Source: a virus (taxonomy: Duplodnaviria; Caudoviricetes). From it: a stretch of DNA of 53,862 bases. The translations under genes and the position numbers were made by a program. Where the stretch lies: IMG/VR virus record IMGVR_UViG_3300046425_000186, positions 1 through 53,862 of that record. One strand, written 5' to 3'. Under the pieces are notes generated by a model. That model was not told the DNA's origin. It was given only the letters and a program-made list of their open reading frames with translations, and did not search any database. Positions 48,709-53,862 of the stretch are shown here, in pieces (the stretch's first letter is position 1; the number at the start of each line of letters is the position of its first letter).

Positions 48709-48722
48709 TATAATTACATGTT
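48709..48722 (-). promoter_or_regulatory. Motif A copy 5 (AACATGTAATTATA on - strand)
   Basis: Matches the consensus; upstream of the erf/replication operon. Confidence 0.6.
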
Positions 48723-48758
48723 TATATTATCTTTTACGTTTTTTTTTAATTCCGTGTA
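48723..48758 (-). promoter_or_regulatory. Motif B copy 1: TACACGGA-N18-AGATAATATA, putative early promoter
   Basis: Both boxes and the 18-nt spacer length are identical in three copies. Confidence 0.8.
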
Positions 48759-48766
48759 GCCGTAAC

Positions 48767-49519
48767 TTAAAGAAAGTCAAGCACTTGCGAGTGATCAACA
48801 CTGTCTATTAATTTTTGTACAGCTTGTTTTTTTAACTCTGAAACACGAACATACGCACTGACGCCTCTTATACCTAGTTTACCTGCTATATAATTAGCAG
48901 AATGTTTTTCACAGTCTAAACCATAAGACAATCTTAAAACCTCGTATTCAATACCTGTTAAATGTTTTTTCATTAAACTCTTTAAATACATGTTAAGTAT
49001 TTGTATGTTATATGGCTCTGATTTGTCTGCTATTTGATTTATCATATTTTCTTCGTCGTTAACAGGTTGTGCATCTATACTTAAAAACATAGAATTAAAA
49101 AACATAGCAACCATTTTTTTGTCTTTAGGATTTTTACGTATTTCATTAATTTTATGTTCTGGTATTCTTATGTTACCTCTTAATGAATCTATTTTTCTTC
49201 TAATAGCACCTTTTATTCTTTTACTAAAAAAGCTTTTTAATGTTTTTTCAATATCTTCTGAATCTATTAATCTTTCCCAATCTAATTTATCAACTGCTTT
49301 TACTAAAGCTAAACTACCAATTTGAAATAAATCCATTATTGTTAAAACACCAACAGCTTGTTGTGATGTTGATTGTTTTCTAGCCATAGCTTCAACAAGA
49401 GGTATAAATTTAACAACTAATTCATCTCTTGTGTAGTAATCGTAAAATTTTTGAGGTGGCATTGAAGATTTAATATCTTCCTTATATCTTATATAATTCT
49501 GTATGTTATATTTCTTCAT
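48767..49519 (-). CDS. Sigma-70 family RNA polymerase sigma factor
   Basis: Region 2 (DLFQIGSLALVKAVDK..RIKGAIRR), IRIP, LSID and region 4 HTH (EYEVLRLSYGL..IAGKLGI..RVSELKKQAVQKL). Confidence 0.9.
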   Translation of the reverse strand: MKKYNIQNYIRYKEDIKSSMPPQKFYDYYTRDELVVKFIPLVEAMARKQSTSQQAVGVLTIMDLFQIGSLALVKAVDKLDWERLIDSEDIEKTLKSFFSKRIKGAIRRKIDSLRGNIRIPEHKINEIRKNPKDKKMVAMFFNSMFLSIDAQPVNDEENMINQIADKSEPYNIQILNMYLKSLMKKHLTGIEYEVLRLSYGLDCEKHSANYIAGKLGIRGVSAYVRVSELKKQAVQKLIDSVDHSQVLDFL

Positions 49520-50126
49520 TTAATATATCTTTTTCTTTTTTTAATTCGTTATTAATATTTCTTATTACAGTTCTTTCTGAACAATTTAACAAACCTGCGA
49601 CTTTACTCCAAGTTATTTTTTTGCCATAATAAATTAAATCTAGCATACATTGATATATAGCCTCTTCATCTATACGCCTTGATCTTCCAATTAATTTACC
49701 TACAATACTCATTTTTTGATCAAAAGATAAACCACAAAAATCTTTAAATATTATTTTACGCTTTTTATTTATAGGTGGTTCACCACCGCTTTCAAACACG
49801 TCGTCTATCATTGACTCTAGCTTATTATCACTAATAAAAAAAGTAACAAAACCGTTTTCTTTATCAGCTATAAACCTGTATACTTTAGTAGGTAATAAAC
49901 CCCCAGGTCTGTCTTGATTTAGAAAATACAAAACATAAAAATGCCACTTTAAAGATTTGTACGTAGTAATCTTAGCCTTGCTATTAAACAAGTGATAACA
50001 TTCGTGCGTACCATCTTCATAGTATTTATAATGCTCGGTTTCTATGTTTGGCACGTCGTTAACTGGATCTTTTCTGTATATAACATGCCTGTCATTCAAC
50101 CATTTCATATTTCTTTCACGTGACAT
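49506..50126 (-). CDS. Hypothetical protein with C-terminal helix-turn-helix
   Basis: ITWSKVAGLLNCSERTVIRN HTH. Confidence 0.7.
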   Translation of the reverse strand: MSRERNMKWLNDRHVIYRKDPVNDVPNIETEHYKYYEDGTHECYHLFNSKAKITTYKSLKWHFYVLYFLNQDRPGGLLPTKVYRFIADKENGFVTFFISDNKLESMIDDVFESGGEPPINKKRKIIFKDFCGLSFDQKMSIVGKLIGRSRRIDEEAIYQCMLDLIYYGKKITWSKVAGLLNCSERTVIRNINNELKKEKDILNEEI

Positions 50127-50251
50127 TAGCCTCTTACTTTCTTATTATTATAGGCTTTTGTCTGCCTAGGTTTTACAAAATTTTTAATTTTGGTTTTAAC
50201 TCCAAAAACATCCGTAAGCATTAAATGCTTGTATATTTTATATCTACTCAT
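50126..50251 (-). CDS. Small basic protein (41 aa), absent from the ORF track
   Basis: MSRYKIYKHLMLTDVFGVKTKIKNFVKPRQTKAYNNKKVRG; fills the gap with overlaps at both ends. Confidence 0.55.
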   Translation of the reverse strand: MSRYKIYKHLMLTDVFGVKTKIKNFVKPRQTKAYNNKKVRG

Positions 50252-50582
50252 ATATTATTGTTAATTTAACTTTATTCCATTTACCGCCTTTTACATCTTT
50301 GTTCACAAGAAAATCTATACGGTTTTTCCATCTCTTGTTCATTCTATCTTCAACAGTCCATACTCCATCAAAACCACCTGCATTCTCAACACAAACTTTT
50401 GTTCCAAAAACAAAACCATGTTTTTCTAAATCTCTTGAAACAGCTATCCATTTATGACCTTGAGGATTTTTTTCGTTTATAGTTTTAAGAGAAGCTGTTG
50501 TAAGATAATCAGCATTGCACTGAGCAGGATCAGCGTGGTATATTGTTGCTGTTACTACTATTGTTGTTAAAAGTTTAAGCAT
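50244..50582 (-). CDS. 3D-domain (MltA/RlpA-like double-psi barrel) protein
   Basis: VTATIY..TAS..IAVSRDL..FGTKV..VEDRM..RIDF pattern. Confidence 0.8.
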   Translation of the reverse strand: MLKLLTTIVVTATIYHADPAQCNADYLTTASLKTINEKNPQGHKWIAVSRDLEKHGFVFGTKVCVENAGGFDGVWTVEDRMNKRWKNRIDFLVNKDVKGGKWNKVKLTIIYE

Positions 50583-51058
50583 GATCTATGTATTTTTTGT
50601 TCATTTGTATTTGCTACACTATGTTTTTCGCCTTCATAATAATTCCAATATGCTTCAACACTATTGTTTTCAACTTTATATTCATCAGGCATACACTGTG
50701 GTGGTTCTGTAAAAAAACCATCAGGTATACCTTTAGGTATAAACATTAAAGGTGTTTTGCATTTAGTTATTGTTAAATGTTCTTTACCATATCGATCTGT
50801 GTATTCTTTGCCAAGCGCTACCATATGATTATATAACCACAAATACTGGCTTCTATTACCTCTACACCATATTGTTGATGGGTGATTGTAGTGTGCTTTT
50901 TTGTATGGTACAAAAGTCTGGTAGTCATACAACTCAGCGTAATGATGATGCGCTGTACAAAGCATCTGGGCTGATTCTAAGATCATTTTAACCACGTGCT
51001 TATTGTATTGTATCTGCGCAGCTTTAACTGGATCTCTGTGTAAATAAAATATATTCAT
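50567..51058 (-). CDS. Pyrimidine-dimer DNA glycosylase/endonuclease V-like protein
   Basis: MNIFYL..P..AAQ..KHVVKMILESAQML and YKKAHYNHPSTIW motifs. Confidence 0.8.
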   Translation of the reverse strand: MNIFYLHRDPVKAAQIQYNKHVVKMILESAQMLCTAHHHYAELYDYQTFVPYKKAHYNHPSTIWCRGNRSQYLWLYNHMVALGKEYTDRYGKEHLTITKCKTPLMFIPKGIPDGFFTEPPQCMPDEYKVENNSVEAYWNYYEGEKHSVANTNEQKIHRSCLNF

Positions 51059-51059
51059 A

Positions 51060-51248
51060 TCATTTCTTTTGTTGTTTATAATCTATAATAAAACCAGTAA
51101 AAACTATTATATTCATACCTATACTAGCTATTATCTCGTGTATATCTTTATAATCTGATATTGATAAGTGTACGTGACCTACAACCCAAAAAGGTATTGC
51201 AAGATTTTGACTAATCCAGACTATCGTGAATTTTATAAATCTAATCAT
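51060..51248 (-). CDS. Small two-helix membrane protein
   Basis: 62 aa with two hydrophobic segments. Confidence 0.65.
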   Translation of the reverse strand: MIRFIKFTIVWISQNLAIPFWVVGHVHLSISDYKDIHEIIASIGMNIIVFTGFIIDYKQQKK

Positions 51249-51274
51249 ATGTATATGTAGTTATGCTATACACA

Positions 51275-51556
51275 TTACTTAATGTTGTATTTCTTTTTAT
51301 ATTTTTCTATTACTATTAATAAACGACTTGCAGCCGCATAATCTTCTTTTTCTTCTAAATCTTTTAGATCTTGATAAAGATTATTTAACTCTTCTTCTAT
51401 TAATTCTTTTTGAGTTATTGTTCCAAATTCTAGATCTGGGTTTTGTTGGGATAACTCTCTTAATTCTTCTTTAAATTCTTTATCGTACTGTTGTTGTCGC
51501 TCTATTATTTTATCTACAATAATATCAGCTAATCTATTCATTTGTTCTTCTGTCAT
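51275..51556 (-). CDS. Coiled-coil protein with C-terminal UVR-like hairpin
   Basis: LKDLEEKEDYAAASRL resembles the UVR (UvrB/C) consensus A...EdYE.Aa.l. Confidence 0.6.
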   Translation of the reverse strand: MTEEQMNRLADIIVDKIIERQQQYDKEFKEELRELSQQNPDLEFGTITQKELIEEELNNLYQDLKDLEEKEDYAAASRLLIVIEKYKKKYNIK

Positions 51557-51591
51557 ATATTATCTATTTAGTAACTCGTTAAGTCCGTGTA
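51556..51591 (-). promoter_or_regulatory. Motif B copy 2
   Basis: TACACGGA (51591-51584), 18 nt, AGATAATATA (51565-51556). Confidence 0.8.
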
Positions 51592-51614
51592 TTTGTTTAG
51601 TGTGCTATTGTCTG

Positions 51615-51719
51615 TCATAATAAACCCATTGACCATTTTTTAACTATAAAACATAAGTAGCATAATAGCATTAAAAATAAAATAGAAAATATTTGATTCT
51701 TATCTATATTATTTTTCAC
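51615..51719 (-). CDS. Possible 34-aa membrane peptide (GTG start)
   Basis: MKNNIDKNQIFSILFLMLLCYLCFIVKKWSMGLL; begins immediately after the upstream stop codon. Confidence 0.35.
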   Translation of the reverse strand: MKNNIDKNQIFSILFLMLLCYLCFIVKKWSMGLL

Positions 51720-51989
51720 TTAGTTTAAGTTTGTTAATTTATATTTACCTGATTTAATTTTTTCTCTTGTTTCGTCTATGTATTCATTTAGAAACATATT
51801 ACGATATTTACCTGTTGTTCTTGAATAATCCCAGTAATATTCATCTAATTCTGTTTTACCATAATAAGGTTTGTAAGCTATTATACTGTTATAGCTTTGA
51901 AAATATATACCTTTAGGTGTTATGATTTGATACTGATTAGGAACTGATCTATTAGAGTTTCCATACATTGGTTTTACTTTTATTTTCAT
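51720..51989 (-). CDS. Hypothetical early protein
   Basis: 89 aa; FQSYNSIIA..WDYSRTTGKYRN.FL pattern seen in phage early genes. Confidence 0.75.
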   Translation of the reverse strand: MKIKVKPMYGNSNRSVPNQYQIITPKGIYFQSYNSIIAYKPYYGKTELDEYYWDYSRTTGKYRNMFLNEYIDETREKIKSGKYKLTNLN

Positions 51990-52180
51990 AATAATTCTTC
52001 TTTTAAATCTTCTAGAGCTATTTTATAACCAAAGTTCATAGCCATTTGCATTAGTAAAAAGTCATTAGATCCGTGGTTTGCTTCGGCAAATGACGCTAAA
52101 TATTCTCTATCATGAGGTGTTGCTACAATACCTCGATCAAGCATTTTGTTTTTGTTATCTAAAAATTCTTGAACTTTCAT
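51986..52180 (-). CDS. Hypothetical early protein
   Basis: 64 aa with ATGA overlaps. Confidence 0.7.
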   Translation of the reverse strand: MKVQEFLDNKNKMLDRGIVATPHDREYLASFAEANHGSNDFLLMQMAMNFGYKIALEDLKEELL

Positions 52181-52332
52181 AATTTATCTAGTGTTTTTTT
52201 GTTTAGTATTATAGGTGATTCATCTTTGTGTGTTGATACAAAGTATATACCGTTTGTTTCTTTAATTAATACTGGTTTATTTTTAAACTTTTTAGGATAT
52301 TTATCCCTTACGTATTTTTCTATTTTATCCAT
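52177..52332 (-). CDS. Small hypothetical protein (51 aa), absent from the ORF track
   Basis: MDKIEKYVRDKYPKKFKNKPVLIKETNGIYFVSTHKDESPIILNKKTLDKL; fills the gap, ATGA overlap. Confidence 0.7.
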   Translation of the reverse strand: MDKIEKYVRDKYPKKFKNKPVLIKETNGIYFVSTHKDESPIILNKKTLDKL

Positions 52333-52334
52333 AA

Positions 52335-52793
52335 TTATTCTTCTTCTTCTTGATTTTCGTATTCATAACCTTCGTCTATTAATTCGTTTTCTGTTTCTTC
52401 AATTAGTCTTTCATATAAGTAGTCATAAGCCGATTCAGCTGCCCCGTGTACATAATCATCTTGCAAACAGTCTACATATATTCTAGCGCCATCAATCAAC
52501 GCATCTTCTAATCTTTCGTGTAGATCGCTGTCATAGTAGTAAACATCTTCGTTTATACTAGGACTACTTGAGTTATTTGTAGCAATATAAACTTCATAAC
52601 CATCAGCAGTTGACTCTGAATATATAAAGAAATCTGCATTATCGTTCCAGTCTTCGCTGATTTCTGCATCGTAGTATTCGCATACTTTTTTAAGCATAAA
52701 CTCGTAAGTCATGCCTTCATCGTGTGTAATTGGATAGCCTTTTTTAGCTAGCCTTTTTTGAATTAATTCTTCTGTTAAAATTTTAGTTTCCAT
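52335..52793 (-). CDS. Highly acidic hypothetical protein
   Basis: 152 aa, strongly D/E/Y-rich. Confidence 0.75.
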   Translation of the reverse strand: METKILTEELIQKRLAKKGYPITHDEGMTYEFMLKKVCEYYDAEISEDWNDNADFFIYSESTADGYEVYIATNNSSSPSINEDVYYYDSDLHERLEDALIDGARIYVDCLQDDYVHGAAESAYDYLYERLIEETENELIDEGYEYENQEEEE

Positions 52794-53022
52794 ATTCTAT
52801 TTTATTATTATTAGTTACCATCCATTCTATATTTTCTATACTGTGACCAGCGCCGATCAAGAAAGCTTCGCAACTTTCACCGTCAGGGTTCCAAGAACCA
52901 GAAATACTTGACCAGTTTTCGTCATTACATAATACGCTAATGTCATACTTATATGCTTTACCGTCTAAAAAGTCTAGCACAAAAATACACATAGTGTTTT
53001 GCTCTTTAATTGTATCACTCAT
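52783..53022 (-). CDS. Hypothetical early protein
   Basis: 79 aa, overlaps neighbours. Confidence 0.7.
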   Translation of the reverse strand: MSDTIKEQNTMCIFVLDFLDGKAYKYDISVLCNDENWSSISGSWNPDGESCEAFLIGAGHSIENIEWMVTNNNKIEYGN

Positions 53023-53266
53023 AATCTTTAGATGTTAAAATATTGTCGCCATACTTAAAATCCCAAACAGATGTTTTTATAAGTTCTAAGTGCGTAAACG
53101 TATAAAGCGAACTAATTGTACTGATAGATAGATCGCTGTAAAACGTAGTTCCTTCTAGTTTTTCAACTATATAATCTACAGATGTTTTGTACTTTTCATT
53201 TTTTTCTGAATGCAAAGCTTCTTTGATTTCAGGTTTTAATCTTTGATAAACTGTTAGTCTTCCCAT
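53015..53266 (-). CDS. Hypothetical early protein
   Basis: 83 aa, first gene after motif B copy 3. Confidence 0.7.
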   Translation of the reverse strand: MGRLTVYQRLKPEIKEALHSEKNEKYKTSVDYIVEKLEGTTFYSDLSISTISSLYTFTHLELIKTSVWDFKYGDNILTSKDYE

Positions 53267-53279
53267 GTTTTTAATTTAT

Positions 53280-53315
53280 TATATTATCTATTAGTATTTA
53301 TATTTCCTCCGTGTA
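53280..53315 (-). promoter_or_regulatory. Motif B copy 3
   Basis: TACACGGA (53315-53308), 18 nt, AGATAATATA (53289-53280). Confidence 0.8.
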
Positions 53316-53402
53316 GTCGTCAAAGTCTGCATGTTCAAGACATTGGCTACATAAGCTATCGCTTAAATAACTAGGTTCGGCTCCGCAGCAGTTGCTATAC
53401 AT
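53298..53402 (-). CDS. 34-aa Cys-rich (zinc-finger-like) microprotein, absent from the ORF track
   Basis: MYSNCCGAEPSYLSDSLCSQCLEHADFDDYTEEI; CC..CxxC..H. Confidence 0.65.
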   Translation of the reverse strand: MYSNCCGAEPSYLSDSLCSQCLEHADFDDYTEEI

Positions 53403-53589
53403 ATCTTTCAAGTATTAAGTCAATATCAATATCAAGGCGATTAATTTCATCACCCATTTCTTTAAATTGTTTAAGCGCTCTTACTTCGTAGCTGCTTAGT
53501 GAATCGCACTCACCATCTTCAATAGCATTAATGCAATCTCTCATATCATTTACCGTATTTTCAAATCGGCAATAACTCATGTTTGGCAT
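53395..53589 (-). CDS. Hypothetical early protein
   Basis: 64 aa beginning MPNMSYCRFENT. Confidence 0.75.
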   Translation of the reverse strand: MPNMSYCRFENTVNDMRDCINAIEDGECDSLSSYEVRALKQFKEMGDEINRLDIDIDLILERYV

Positions 53590-53592
53590 AAT

Positions 53593-53745
53593 TTATTCTT
53601 TTGTTAGTTCTACAATTTCTTTACATGCTTCTAAAACGTCTTCAAAGTAATCGTTCTCTAAGTAGTCTGCATCTTCATCGCCTGAGGCGTCTGCGTACTT
53701 AATAGTGTTTAACAACTCATCTAGTTGTTGATAAAGGTATTTCAT
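53593..53745 (-). CDS. Small acidic protein (50 aa), absent from the ORF track
   Basis: MKYLYQQLDELLNTIKYADASGDEDADYLENDYFEDVLEACKEIVELTKE. Confidence 0.65.
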   Translation of the reverse strand: MKYLYQQLDELLNTIKYADASGDEDADYLENDYFEDVLEACKEIVELTKE

Positions 53746-53764
53746 AGTTATAATTTAAAATTAG

Positions 53765-53837
53765 TTGCGCTGGCCGGATTCGAACCGACGACCTCAAGGT
53801 TATGAGCCTTGCGAGCTGGCCACTGCTCTACAGCGCG
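53765..53837 (-). tRNA. tRNA-Met(CAT), initiator (fMet) type
   Basis: Cloverleaf CGCGCTG/CAGCGCA acceptor with C1:A72 mismatch, A11:U24, anticodon loop CTCATAA, GGTTCGAATCC T-arm; CCA not encoded. Confidence 0.95.
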
Positions 53838-53862
53838 ATGTAATATTTTAACAGTAAGCATT

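Noticed and set aside
52169-52486. + strand 105-aa ORF in the early arm
   Set aside because: It is antisense to two better-fitting - strand genes (52177-52332 and 52335-52793).
1-53862. Stop-codon reassignment, CRISPR array, integrase, introns/inteins
   Set aside because: Genes are intact under the standard code; terL, nrdA, nrdB and the helicase have normal lengths; no repeat-spacer array or recombinase motif was seen.

Overview
This is an AT-rich, gene-dense segment of a lytic dsDNA tailed phage. The host is most likely a Bacteroidota (Flavobacteriia) bacterium, based on a GldL homologue, a FISUMP domain and A-rich leaders without Shine-Dalgarno sites. The window has two convergent arms. 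The + arm (1-39364) carries GroEL/GroES, a cluster of small basic and zincin-containing proteins, a phage gldL, a holin, terminase, portal, scaffold, major capsid, ring/tail proteins, putative ejection proteins (including a 2453-aa protein) and an M15 endolysin. The - arm (39506-53837) carries class I ribonucleotide reductase, an endonuclease I-like resolvase, MazG, a thymidylate-synthase-fold enzyme, primase-helicase, SSB, a RecE-like nuclease, ERF, a sigma-70 factor, many small early-type genes and an initiator-type tRNA-Met. I saw no DNA polymerase, integrase or CRISPR array. Strongest candidate novelties: (1) a stand-alone, shortened phage copy of the T9SS/gliding motor subunit GldL; (2) a giant putative virion protein with an HExxH protease motif, repeated KFS linkers and a sigma-region-2-like segment, together with an exact 3-copy TACACGGA-N18-AGATAATATA promoter-like motif, suggesting a virion-delivered sigma factor; (3) a second 5-copy intergenic motif, AACAWGTRATWMTA; (4) a shared SP[ILV]..K/R motif across neighbouring small proteins; (5) a TS-fold enzyme with the dCMP-specific Asp, hinting at modified cytosine. 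All family assignments come from recognising motifs by eye; no searches were run.
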